Source: Planctomycetia bacterium
GTDB lineage: Bacteria; Planctomycetota; Planctomycetia; Pirellulales; UBA1268
Direction of reading: 5' to 3'
NCBI GenBank assembly: GCA_046339335.1
Contig: JBKDUV010000188.1
Span: 1 to 43,542, forward strand
DNA length: 43,542 nucleotides
Shown one piece after another: positions 34,922 through 43,542 of the stretch. The position numbers were made by a program, and so were the translations under genes. The notes under the pieces are model-generated. The model had not been told where the DNA came from and made no database searches. It was given only the letters and a program-made list of their open reading frames with translations. How positions within the stretch are numbered: position 1 is the stretch's first letter; every line of letters begins with the position of its first letter.

Positions 34922-36211
34922 ATGCCTCGTCCCATGCCGCGTCGCGCGTGCAGTCCGGTCCTCGCGGCCATCATGCTGCCACTCCTCTCCGCCCCGTTGT
35001 GGGCTGCGGACCCGCCCGGCGCGGCACGGCCGGGCCGACTGACCATGACCACCCTCGAGCGGCCGGCCGACGAGGAGATCGAGCCGCGCCGCACTCCGCG
35101 GCCCGTCCAGCGGGGACCGAAGAGGCAGCCGGCGGCGGCACGGGGGGCGGGACTCGCTCCAGCGGCCGATCGTGCAGCCGCACCGGCCCCGGCGACGAAG
35201 GCGCAGGCCATCGGCAGGGGTGTCCAGTACCTCATCGGCAGCCAGCGGAACGACGGCGGCTGGAACTCCGGCGAGCATCCGATGGCCGCCGACCTGTCGA
35301 ACACCAGCATTGCCGGCCTCGCGGTGCTCCGCGCGGGCACGGCTGTCGCTGTGCGCGGTGAGGAGGAAGCCATGGAGCGGGCCGTGCGATTCGTCAACGG
35401 ACGTGTCGCGGCGTCGGCCGACGCGGAACTCTGGGCGCCGCGTCCCGACGTCGTCGATGGGACGGTGCAGCGCGACCTCGGTGTCGGCGTCGATGCCGTG
35501 CTCGCGGCGCTGTTTCTCGCCGAGTCGATCGAAACCGCCGAAGCGGACCACCAGGCCGCCACCGCGAAGAAGTCGCTGGACACGCTGATGCGGGTGATCA
35601 CGCGCAACGTGCGCGAACAGCCCAACGCATTCGCGGCGGGCGGCCAGGCGCTGACCCGGGGGCTCATCGCCCACGCGGTGGACAGGGCCACCCGCGTCGG
35701 CGTGGAGGCGGACGACGATCTCGTGCCCCTGATCACCGCCAACGGTCCGAAGAACATGGGGCTGTACGGGGATGCCGGCCGGGTCGGATGCCTGCACGTT
35801 GCCTGGCGACGCAGCGGCGGCGGCAGCAGCCATGCGTTCGCCCAAATCGCCGACGAAGCCGCATCCGCAGCCCCGGTGGCGGCGGGCCCCGTGGGCACCG
35901 CCCGTGAGCTGGAAGCGCTCGGGAAATCGCTCGTGAAACCGGTGCTCGCCAACCCTCGCAACCAGTGGCCGTACGGCGCCGGGGGAGAGGTGTTTTTGGC
36001 GCTCATGTTCCTCACCGCCATGCTCCAGGACACGAATGCCGACGCGGCCGCCGCCTGGACGGCCAGGGTCGATGCGCAACTGATCCAGACGCAGAACGCC
36101 CAGGGGAGCTGGACCGGCTCGTCGTGCATCAACAGCCGTGTCTTCTGCACGTCGTCCGCCCTGCTCGTCATGGTGCCGACGCGGGACGGCGCGGCGGTCG
36201 CCGGCCGCTGA
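34922..36211 (+). CDS. secreted prenyltransferase/squalene-oxidase-repeat (alpha/alpha-toroid) protein
   Basis: AGGAGG lies before ATG 34922 (in frame in ORF 34829..36211). Signal peptide PVLAAIMLPLLSAPLWA. QW-like motifs VQYLIGSQRNDGGWNSGE and LIQTQNAQGSWTGSS. Confidence 0.7.
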   Translation: MPRPMPRRACSPVLAAIMLPLLSAPLWAADPPGAARPGRLTMTTLERPADEEIEPRRTPRPVQRGPKRQPAAARGAGLAPAADRAAAPAPATKAQAIGRGVQYLIGSQRNDGGWNSGEHPMAADLSNTSIAGLAVLRAGTAVAVRGEEEAMERAVRFVNGRVAASADAELWAPRPDVVDGTVQRDLGVGVDAVLAALFLAESIETAEADHQAATAKKSLDTLMRVITRNVREQPNAFAAGGQALTRGLIAHAVDRATRVGVEADDDLVPLITANGPKNMGLYGDAGRVGCLHVAWRRSGGGSSHAFAQIADEAASAAPVAAGPVGTARELEALGKSLVKPVLANPRNQWPYGAGGEVFLALMFLTAMLQDTNADAAAAWTARVDAQLIQTQNAQGSWTGSSCINSRVFCTSSALLVMVPTRDGAAVAGR

Positions 36212-36241
36212 ATACCGCCGACCCGCGCCGGAAACCACCGA

Positions 36242-37447
36242 GTGCACAGCATGGTCCTGGCCCACTGTCTTCGCCGGGTCGTGGTCGCCGCCACGTGCGT
36301 CGCCGCGGTCGCGTCCAGCGCGGCCGACCCCGTCGCCTGGCGCCGGGCCGCCGACCGCGGCAGCGCATTCCTCGCGGCGCGGCAATCGGCCGACGGCGGC
36401 TGGCGTTCGGACACGTATGGGAATTTTCGTGGTGGTGACGCGATCACGCCGCTGGTGCTCGTCGCCCTCGACACCGCCACGCACCCCGGGCCCCATGCAG
36501 CGGGCTGCCGGTTTCTTGCGGAACTCGCCGATGATGCGGAGCGGATCGATCGGCTCGAGTATCCGGTCTACACGGCGGCCTTCGCGGTGCAGGTCTGCCT
36601 GCGGGACGAGCCGTCTCGCCGGTCGGCCATCCGCTGGGCCGACGTGCTGCGCGGGCAGCAGCTCGCCGCCGGGCTTGGCTGGGCAGAGACCGATCCGGAG
36701 TTCGGTGGCTGGGGCTATGCCACGGTCGAGCCCCGGAAACCATCCCCCGGCGCAGTCCGGCTGCCGACCCTCGACCCGAACCTGTCGGCCACAACGCTCG
36801 CCGTCACGGCGCTCCGCGCCGGGGGCGCCCGCGCGGACGATCCGGCCCTCCGGGCAGCGCTGAGGTTTTTCGAGCGTTGCCAGAACTTTCCCCGGGCTGA
36901 CGCCGCCGCCGACCCGGCCTTCGATGACGGCGGTTTCTGCTTCGCCGTCGGCGTTGCCGATCGCTCGAAGGCCGGTAGCGCCGGCGTCGATCGGCATGGC
37001 CGGATGCGGATGCGTTCCTACGGCAGCGCCACGGCCGACGGCCTCCGGGCCCTGCTCGCCTGCGGACTGCCCGCGGATCATCCACGGGTGGTCGCCGCCC
37101 GCGCCTGGCTGGAGCGGCACTTTGCCGCCGACGTCCATCCGGGCGCGTTTCCGCAGGAGCGGGCCGTGTTTCGTGACGGCTGTTTCTATTACTGGTGCTG
37201 GTCGGCGGCGACGACGCTCGAGGCCCTCGGGGCCGATCGCCTGCCAGGCTCTGCCGGACCGCTCGACTGGCGGCGTGCGGTCGCGGACGCTCTCGTCACG
37301 CGGCAGGCCGACGACGGCAGTTGGCAGAGCGCCCACGGGGCCGTCCGCGAGGACGATCCGCTCGTGGCCACGCCGCTGGCCCTGGCGGCGCTGCGGACGT
37401 GCTCGAACCGAACGCCTCGCCAGAACACTGCGGCGCCGCTGCGGTGA
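36242..37447 (+). CDS. secreted prenyltransferase/squalene-oxidase-repeat (alpha/alpha-toroid) protein, paralogous type
   Basis: Signal-like LRRVVVAATCVAAVASSA. FLAARQSADGGWRSD, FGGWGY, DDGGFCF and LVTRQADDGSWQS. Start is GTG 36242 or ATG 36251. Confidence 0.75.
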   Translation: MHSMVLAHCLRRVVVAATCVAAVASSAADPVAWRRAADRGSAFLAARQSADGGWRSDTYGNFRGGDAITPLVLVALDTATHPGPHAAGCRFLAELADDAERIDRLEYPVYTAAFAVQVCLRDEPSRRSAIRWADVLRGQQLAAGLGWAETDPEFGGWGYATVEPRKPSPGAVRLPTLDPNLSATTLAVTALRAGGARADDPALRAALRFFERCQNFPRADAAADPAFDDGGFCFAVGVADRSKAGSAGVDRHGRMRMRSYGSATADGLRALLACGLPADHPRVVAARAWLERHFAADVHPGAFPQERAVFRDGCFYYWCWSAATTLEALGADRLPGSAGPLDWRRAVADALVTRQADDGSWQSAHGAVREDDPLVATPLALAALRTCSNRTPRQNTAAPLR

Positions 37448-37565
37448 ATCCACCACCGATCGACCGCGACCGGCCCGGCCGCGCTGGCGGCTTGCGGGAG
37501 GGCGGAAAGCGGTCCAGAATGATTTGGTTCGGCGGACCGCGGAGCGACCGGGTCCGGCTGGCATA

Positions 37566-37655
37566 GGAGAGGTGGCAGAGCGGTCGAATGCGCGTCTTTG
37601 CTAAAGACGTGTCCGGTCAAAAGCTGGACCGCGGGTTCGAATCCCGCCCTCTCCG
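37566..37655 (+). tRNA. tRNA-Ser(GCU): tRNA-Ser (anticodon GCU), class II with long variable arm; CCA not encoded
   Basis: Acceptor stem GGAGAGG/CCTCTCC. Anticodon stem CGTCT/AGACG with loop TTGCTAA. Variable arm GTCCGGTCAAAAGCTGGAC. T-arm GCGGG TTCGAAT CCCGC. It closely parallels E. coli tRNA-Ser(GCU). Confidence 0.95.
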
Positions 37656-38188
37656 TTTGGTGAAGATGGTCGAGCACGCGATGAGCCCGAGAATCGCGGA
37701 TGCCCACACAATCGGTGTGAGGCTCCCTTTGGAAGCCAAGCAGCGGGAGCAGCGTCTTGCGATTCCGCAAGCAACTTGGGTGACTCGAACCCGACTTTAC
37801 TTAATGAATTGAAATACCAAAGATTCATCCTTGTCTGTGTGATTCGAGGAACCCTTGTTGTATCGTGGAAGCGTCTTGAAGTGCATGGTTTCAACGCCGT
37901 GGGGCCACCCAGAGGAACGGAGTGCGCCCCAAGGGCTACGGGGCCGATCAGCGACGGCGCGTAGGCCATCATTCCGGCCCTTCCTGGCGAGTTGATCTCG
38001 GCCGTGGAGCGGAGCCTTCCGCCTGCCCTGGCGGTACCGGCGCGGAGGCAGCCTCCGCTCAACCGTCAGCATGCCGTGGACACGTCCGAGGCCCGCCACT
38101 CACTTGGCGATCTCCGACCGCGAGACGGGTAAACCATTCACATGTGTTCGGGATTTTTCACTCGTTCATCGACCAAGGCCACAGGCTG

Positions 38189-39049
38189 ATGGATCGGTCT
38201 CCCATGGGCACCGAGACGGTCATCCGGCCCAGCACGGGCTGGTTCAACGTCGATCTTGCCGGCCTCTGGCGTTACCGAGACCTGCTTTGGTTGCTCGTAC
38301 ATCGCGACTTCGTCTCGAAGTACAAGCAGACGGTGCTCGGGCCGCTGTGGTTCGTCATTCAACCGCTGTTGACGACGCTCGTGTTCGCTGTGGTCTTTGG
38401 GAAGATCGCACATATCCCCACCGATGGCGCACCTCCGTTTCTGTTTTATCTCACGGGTCTGCTCGGTTGGAACTTCTTCGCCGGCACCTTCACGGCGACC
38501 TCAAACACACTCGCCGGAAACGCCGGAATCTTTGGCAAGGTGTATTTCCCGCGGCTCGTCGTGCCGCTCGCGACGGTGATCTCGGGATTCATCGCCATGG
38601 CGATCCAACTGGCCACGTTGCTGCCGATCTGGGCCTGGTATCGCTTCGGCTCCCCTGGCGGCGCCGCACTGCATCTCTCGTGGACGGTGCTGCTCTTACC
38701 GATCGTGCTCCTCCAGATCGCGATCCTGTCGTTCGGGGCCGGCCTCTGGATGTCGGCGCTGACGGCGAAATATCGGGACTTCGCCTTTCTGTCGTCCTTT
38801 CTCGTGCAACTCTGGATGTATGCAACGCCCGTCATCTATCCCTTTTCGGCGATTCCCGCCCGCTGGCGGTGGGTGGCCGCAATCAATCCGATGACCGTGC
38901 CCGTGGACGTCATCAAGTCCATGTTTCTCGGGCACGGGGCCGTCGCCCCGGCCCACGCCCTCCTTTCCACGGCAGTGACGCTGGCGATCCTGTTCGGTGG
39001 CCTGGCCATCTTTGGCAAGGTCGAGCGCACGTTCGTGGACACCGTCTGA
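38189..39049 (+). CDS. wzm: ABC-2 type polysaccharide export permease (Wzm/TagG/KpsM-like)
   Basis: In-frame ATG in ORF 37922..39049. LWRYRDLLWLLVHRDFVSKYKQTVLGPLWFVIQPLL is the classic ABC-2 N-terminal motif. Six hydrophobic segments. Confidence 0.9.
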   Translation: MDRSPMGTETVIRPSTGWFNVDLAGLWRYRDLLWLLVHRDFVSKYKQTVLGPLWFVIQPLLTTLVFAVVFGKIAHIPTDGAPPFLFYLTGLLGWNFFAGTFTATSNTLAGNAGIFGKVYFPRLVVPLATVISGFIAMAIQLATLLPIWAWYRFGSPGGAALHLSWTVLLLPIVLLQIAILSFGAGLWMSALTAKYRDFAFLSSFLVQLWMYATPVIYPFSAIPARWRWVAAINPMTVPVDVIKSMFLGHGAVAPAHALLSTAVTLAILFGGLAIFGKVERTFVDTV

Positions 39050-39057
39050 GCCTCTCC

Positions 39058-40293
39058 ATGACGATGCCCGTCATCCAGGCCCGTTCGCTCTCGAAGCGTT
39101 ACCGCCTGGGCATGCTCGGCGCGAGCACGCTCCGCGAAGAGATCCAGAACTGGTGGGGGCGGCTGCGGGGCCCGGCCGAACCGAACGCCACGAAGGGCGA
39201 CTACTGGGCACTGCGCGACGTGTCCTTCGACATCGATGAGGGGGAGGTCGTCGGGATCATCGGCAGGAACGGGGCCGGCAAGAGCACGCTGCTCAAGATC
39301 CTGAGCCGGATCACGGAGCCGACTACCGGGGAGGCCCGAATCCGCGGCCGTATGGCATCGCTGCTCGAAGTGGGCACCGGCTTTCATCCCGAGCTTTCCG
39401 GCCGCGAAAACATCTTCCTCAACGGCACGATTCTCGGCATGACGAAGGCCGAAGTAAGGGCGCGGTTCGAGGAAATCGTCGAGTTTTCCGGCATCCACAA
39501 GTTCATCGACACGCCTGTGAAGCGGTACAGTTCGGGGATGTACGTGCGGCTGGCCTTCGCCGTGGCGGCCCACCTGGATGCGGAAATTCTCATCGTGGAC
39601 GAGGTCTTGGCGGTCGGCGATGCGGAGTTCCAGAGCAAATGCCTTGGGAAAATGGGGCAAATCGCCGACGGGGGCCGGACGGTGCTGTTCGTCAGCCACA
39701 ATCCGCAGGCGCTGCAGCGACTGACCAGTCGCTGCGTGCTCTTGAACGCGGGCCACGTCGAGGCCGACGGCCCGACCAGCGAGGTGATCTCGCACTACAC
39801 CCGGGCCGGTCACTCCCTCCAATGCGAGTATGTCGCGGGTGATGGCGAGCGGATCGACGGCCGGGTTCGTCGGGCTGCCGTGCTGACGGCGGAGCCGGGT
39901 GGGGTCCACAAGTGGGGCCGCGCATTGACGTTCGAGTTCGAGATCGAGGTCGCACGCCCGAGTACGGGTCACTGTTTCACGTTCCAGATCCTGGATGAGG
40001 CCAAGAACGCAATCTGCCACTTCTCGTCACTCAATCCCGGGTCGAACTGGGGCACGGCGGCCGGAATGTACCGTCTCCGATGCACGCTGCCGCGGTGCCG
40101 GCTCTTCATGGGCGACTTCACGGTGACGACATATCTTGCCGATCGGGCCGTCAACGAGATGCTGGAAACGCTCCACGATCTGTGCAAGTTCCGCGTCGAG
40201 ATGGGCGACGTCGACCGCCGGCATTACGACTGGCGGAAGGGCGATTGTGCATACCTAGAGGACCACGAGTGGGCTCCGCCCGCGCCGGCCTGA
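39058..40293 (+). CDS. wzt: polysaccharide-export ABC ATPase (Wzt/TagH-like) with ~165-aa C-terminal extension
   Basis: In-frame ATG in ORF 38071..40293. Walker A GRNGAGKST, signature YSSGM, Walker B ILIVDE and H-loop FVSHN. The beta-rich tail after ~residue 245 is compatible with a Wzt_C carbohydrate-binding module. Confidence 0.9.
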   Translation: MTMPVIQARSLSKRYRLGMLGASTLREEIQNWWGRLRGPAEPNATKGDYWALRDVSFDIDEGEVVGIIGRNGAGKSTLLKILSRITEPTTGEARIRGRMASLLEVGTGFHPELSGRENIFLNGTILGMTKAEVRARFEEIVEFSGIHKFIDTPVKRYSSGMYVRLAFAVAAHLDAEILIVDEVLAVGDAEFQSKCLGKMGQIADGGRTVLFVSHNPQALQRLTSRCVLLNAGHVEADGPTSEVISHYTRAGHSLQCEYVAGDGERIDGRVRRAAVLTAEPGGVHKWGRALTFEFEIEVARPSTGHCFTFQILDEAKNAICHFSSLNPGSNWGTAAGMYRLRCTLPRCRLFMGDFTVTTYLADRAVNEMLETLHDLCKFRVEMGDVDRRHYDWRKGDCAYLEDHEWAPPAPA

Positions 40294-40430
40294 CGCCGCC
40301 CCCGGCCCGCACCGGGCTTTGGTGCATCGACGGCTCGTCCCGTCGCTCCACCGATCGTCGGGAGCGGACGGCTGACGGTGCTCTCGACCCGTCCGCGGAG
40401 TGATTCGCGGCCGCTCGCAGAAGCAAAATC

Positions 40431-41336
40431 ATGTCCGGTGAGAAACCCACGTTCGGCTGCGGGATCTGCGGGCGGAGCTGCCGGCCGCTCCGCCGGCGCG
40501 CTCCGGACGAGCTTGCGGGGGCCTATCAGACGTACTTCGGGAAGTCGCTGCCCTGCGAAATCGTCGCCAGGTATTTCACCGTTCCGAACGTCGAATTCCA
40601 CTGCTCTGCGTGCGACATGCGCTGGTATGGACCGGGGAGCCTGGGCGACGGTGATTTCTACGGGACGCTCGGTCACATGTTCGATTGGTACTACGCTCCG
40701 GACAGCTGGGACAAGCAGGCAGCCCTGGCTCACATCACGGCGCGCAAGGCCGCGACGGTCGTCGACGTCGGATGCGGAGACGGAGCGTTTCTCGCCTGCC
40801 TTCGTGCGCGGAACATCACTGCCATCGGAATCGACATCAACCGCCAGGCCGTCGAGGCCGGCCGCGCCCGCGGACTTGATGTATTTCTCCCCGACGATTC
40901 ACCGGTGCGGTCGTGCGACGTGCTCTGCCTGTTCCAGACGATCGAGCATCTGGACCGGCCCATCCAAGCGTTGCAGGATCAGATCGCTCGGTACGCGCCG
41001 CGCGAGTTGCTCGTGAGCGCACCGACCTTCCGCTCACTGCTCGGCTACTCCTCGGACCCGCTTGCCTGGCCCCCGCACCACCGGTCGGCGTGGTCGCGGC
41101 GTGGATTCGAGTCGCTGGCCCGGAAACTCGGCCTTCGCCTGCGGGCAGTCTGGTACGAGGGTCTTACGATCGAATCCTACCGCGACATCTCGGGACGAGA
41201 ACCACAAGGGCGGATCGCAGGGCTGCCTGCCCCGGATGGTCGTCTCGGTCGCATGGCCTTTCACTGTGCGCGGCATCTCGGCCGTGATTGGGCGTCACGA
41301 CGGCATTCGATCCTGGTGTCACTGGGCCGACCGTGA
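40431..41336 (+). CDS. class I SAM-dependent methyltransferase with N-terminal Cys4 zinc-ribbon-like segment
   Basis: CGICG..28..CSACD, then motif I VVDVGCGDGAF and CLFQTIEHL (post-II/III). Confidence 0.8.
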   Translation: MSGEKPTFGCGICGRSCRPLRRRAPDELAGAYQTYFGKSLPCEIVARYFTVPNVEFHCSACDMRWYGPGSLGDGDFYGTLGHMFDWYYAPDSWDKQAALAHITARKAATVVDVGCGDGAFLACLRARNITAIGIDINRQAVEAGRARGLDVFLPDDSPVRSCDVLCLFQTIEHLDRPIQALQDQIARYAPRELLVSAPTFRSLLGYSSDPLAWPPHHRSAWSRRGFESLARKLGLRLRAVWYEGLTIESYRDISGREPQGRIAGLPAPDGRLGRMAFHCARHLGRDWASRRHSILVSLGRP

Positions 41337-41344
41337 CCCAACGC

Positions 41345-42004
41345 ATGATTGGAAACACCGGAATGAGCGGCGCGGCCAAGCCACCGGTGATGTCGTGGGG
41401 TGCGCGCCGGGTGCTTGGCCGGCTTCGCCGTCTGCTCTTTCCGCCTCCGCCGGAACCGACGGTCGGCGTCCACGAGCGGCCGCCCTTCACGCTGACTCAA
41501 GGAAGCGTGCAGCCGGACGAAGCCGTGTTCCTCAAGCGGCTTGTCGAACTCGCGAACGGTCTGGACGGCCCGATCATCGAAGTCGGCGCGTTGTTCGGGA
41601 TGACGACGATTCGGCTGGCCCAGTGGAAGCGCCCCGGCAAGCCGCTTCTGGCAGTCGATAACTTCGCCTGGAATCCTCTGCAACTCACCCCCGCCGAGCA
41701 CCTCGAGCTCACCCGCGGCGTCCTCGGCTACCTGCTCGCGATCGGGGAGGTGAGCATCGTTCAGCAAGGGAAAAACGAATTCTATGAGTCCTACTCCGGC
41801 CCACCGCCGGCCCTCGTGTTCCTCGACGCAATCCATACCTACGAGGAGACGAAACTGGACATCGAGTGGGCGCTGCGGGCCGGTGCACAACTGATTTCCG
41901 GCCACGACTACTCGCCGGATTTCCCCGGAGTCGTCCAGGCCGTGGAGGAATGCGGCGGCCTGCGGGAGAGAGGGGGCACCGTGTGGCTCCTCAGTCGACC
42001 ATGA
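41345..42004 (+). CDS. class I SAM-dependent methyltransferase (Methyltransf_24-like)
   Basis: PIIEVGALFGMTTIRLA (motif I), VFLDAIHTYEETKLDIEWAL and ISGHDY. The start is uncertain (ATG 41345 or 41363; ORF track 41288). The stop overlaps the next start (ATGA). Confidence 0.7.
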   Translation: MIGNTGMSGAAKPPVMSWGARRVLGRLRRLLFPPPPEPTVGVHERPPFTLTQGSVQPDEAVFLKRLVELANGLDGPIIEVGALFGMTTIRLAQWKRPGKPLLAVDNFAWNPLQLTPAEHLELTRGVLGYLLAIGEVSIVQQGKNEFYESYSGPPPALVFLDAIHTYEETKLDIEWALRAGAQLISGHDYSPDFPGVVQAVEECGGLRERGGTVWLLSRP

Positions 42005-43251
42005 GCGACCACACCGCGGACGTGTCGGCGGCGTCAGGCTGCGGGCGACCGCCCCGGCTGCTGCAGATCATCCCAACGCCTGGTCGCGGCGGCTGCGAGG
42101 AATACGCGCTCGCCGTTGCCCGGGAGGGCATACGGCGCGGCTGGTCGCTGGCCGCCGCCTTCACGCTCCTTGAAGGCACGGAGTCACTTGCTGCCGATTA
42201 CGAAGCGGCCGGCGCGAGCGTCCATGCTGCCGACTTGGTGCCCCCCGGCGAAACCCCGCACCACCCGCGGGTCTTCCTCCCACGGTTGTGGCGAACACGT
42301 CGGTTGTTTCGACGGTTCAAGCCGACGATCGTACAAATCGTCCTGCCATGGCCCACGTTCGGACTGGGGCCGATTCTCGCGGCCGCAGTCGGTCGCGTGC
42401 CGACGCAAGTCGTTTTCCAACTCGCCGCGGACTCGTGCAGCCGCATCAGTCCGCGGGTGAGCCGGCTGTACCGCTGGGCAAAGTCGACGGGGCAGCGGTG
42501 GGTCGCCGTGTCCGACCAGAACCGCCGGCTCCTTGCCGACATCTTCGGTCTGCCTCCGGAATCACTCGACCTCATTTACAACGGCACGGACCACGCCCCC
42601 GCCACGGCAAGTCGAGAGGCGACACGGGCCGAATTGTTCGCCGCGCTCGGATGGCCCGCGGACACGACGCTCGTCCTCTCCATTGGCCGGCTCGCACCGC
42701 AGAAAGGTTTCGACCTTCTCGCCCGGATCGCGCCCGCCGTTCTGCAAACGCATCCCCGGGTCCGTTTCGTGGTGGCAGGCGAAGGGCCGCAGCGCGAAGA
42801 ACTCCAGGAACTCGTGCACCGCCACGGGATTCACGCACAGTTTGCACTGCTCGGCCACCGCGCTGACGTTGCGGCACTGCTGCGGGCTGCCGACGTCTTC
42901 GTCCTCCCGAGTCGTTATGAGGGCCACTCCTTCGCCCTCATCGAGGCGATGAGCGCGGGGCTTCCGATCGTCGCGTCGGATGCGAGCGGCATCCCGGAAG
43001 CCGTCACCGATGGACATTCCGGCATGCTGTTCCCGTCTGAGGATCTATCCGCACTGCTCGTCGCCCTGCGCCAAACGCTGGATCAGGAGACTCATTGGCA
43101 CATGATCGGCGCCGCAGCGATGCAGGCAGCGGAACGATTCTGCCGCACGCGAATGCTCGACGAAACATTCGCCCTGTTCTCCGACATGGCCGCCACGACA
43201 CCTCGATCGACACCGGCACCACGACGACGCACCACCGACGACCGCGCGTGA
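42001..43251 (+). CDS. GT4-family (GT-B, Glycos_transf_1) glycosyltransferase
   Basis: In-frame ATG 42001 in ORF 41866..43251. GRLAPQKGFDLL, VVAGEGPQREEL, FVLPSRYEGHSFALIEAMSAGLPIVASD..G..E (E-x7-E region). Confidence 0.85.
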   Translation: MSDHTADVSAASGCGRPPRLLQIIPTPGRGGCEEYALAVAREGIRRGWSLAAAFTLLEGTESLAADYEAAGASVHAADLVPPGETPHHPRVFLPRLWRTRRLFRRFKPTIVQIVLPWPTFGLGPILAAAVGRVPTQVVFQLAADSCSRISPRVSRLYRWAKSTGQRWVAVSDQNRRLLADIFGLPPESLDLIYNGTDHAPATASREATRAELFAALGWPADTTLVLSIGRLAPQKGFDLLARIAPAVLQTHPRVRFVVAGEGPQREELQELVHRHGIHAQFALLGHRADVAALLRAADVFVLPSRYEGHSFALIEAMSAGLPIVASDASGIPEAVTDGHSGMLFPSEDLSALLVALRQTLDQETHWHMIGAAAMQAAERFCRTRMLDETFALFSDMAATTPRSTPAPRRRTTDDRA

Positions 43252-43542
43252 CGCGGCTGATACCGTCGTCCTGCGGGCGGACGGCCCCTCTTCTGCCGCT
43301 CTGGAAACCGCTGATGGATCGCCAGGAGAGCCTCGCTGGTTTGCTGGCCGGTCCCTTTCTTATACGGCGCCCACTGGATCCTCGCGCCCCAAACGATCCT
43401 GCTATTGACGCTTGAAAAAAAGATTCATGGCCGATGGGCCGGGTGGCCGATACCCCATGCATGCCATACAGCGGAAAACGAAAAGACGCGGAAACGCGCA
43501 GGCTGAAAGCCATGGAGTTACTGGACTCTGGGAAATCCCAGA

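Noticed and set aside
34658-37564. 968-aa minus-strand ORF, together with the 560-aa ORF 34798..36480
   Set aside because: Both are antisense to the two prenyltransferase-repeat genes, which have signal peptides and Q..DGGW motifs. The composition is Arg/Gly/Pro-dominated. The end of the 968-aa ORF at 37564 simply abuts the tRNA.
37782-37795. GACTCGAACCCGAC downstream of tRNA-Ser, which resembles the reverse complement of a tRNA T-arm. I considered a second, minus-strand tRNA or an inverted att repeat.
   Set aside because: The flanking bases cannot form a 5-bp T-stem (TCGGG against CACCC). No anticodon or D arm is foldable in the adjacent 80 nt. At best it is a degraded fragment.
43004-43542. 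169-aa minus-strand ORF and short + strand ATG ORFs (43428, 43513) after the glycosyltransferase gene
   Set aside because: The minus ORF overlaps the 3' end of the GT4 gene and has no motifs. The + ORFs are too short and truncated by the window end to judge. I left them unannotated.

Overview
High-GC bacterial chromosomal segment. The gene content points to Planctomycetota (inference from motifs, no search run): a DUF1587/1592/1588 haem protein, a DUF1080 protein, a DUF1570-like HExxH protein, a YTV-repeat protein, an ECF sigma/anti-sigma module and secreted prenyltransferase-repeat proteins. I support about 37 protein-coding genes, one tRNA-Ser(GCU), two probable gene remnants, several hairpins and terminators, and in-gene tandem repeats. 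I saw no rRNA, CRISPR array, transposase or integrase.

Layout, left to right:
- A partial DUF1592-family gene on the minus strand.
- An ECF sigma operon: sigma, anti-sigma, hypothetical protein, alpha/beta hydrolase and a small zinc ribbon. It is flanked by two low-complexity secreted repeat proteins.
- rarD, then a roughly 0.5-kb stretch of decayed gene fragments.
- A DUF1570-like protease, an EVE-domain protein, bioF, a DUF1080 protein, a flavin monooxygenase (FMO), a DUF2294 protein and an AraC regulator.
- A minus-strand aminotransferase, mobA and giant AsmA/TamB-like gene string.
- An orphan mini transcription unit with a 20-codon poly-Lys ORF upstream of an rlmM-like gene.
- A COG0523 GTPase, then birA and copA.
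- The CP-ATP-grasp / alpha-E / transglutaminase triad transcribed divergently from an Anbu proteasome homologue, followed by two alpha/alpha-toroid secreted proteins.
- tRNA-Ser, then a visibly lower-GC glycan-export island: wzm, wzt, two methyltransferases and a GT4 glycosyltransferase.

The most interesting items are:
- the Anbu system, which is functionally unresolved and has an atypical split layout here;
- the poly-Lys leader-like unit with a strong terminator ahead of the rRNA methyltransferase;
- the two-array YTV / Cys-rich repeat protein.

Many very long ORFs in the six-frame track are antisense or off-frame artefacts of the high GC content. All functional calls rest on motif recognition by eye. 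No HMM or BLAST search was run.
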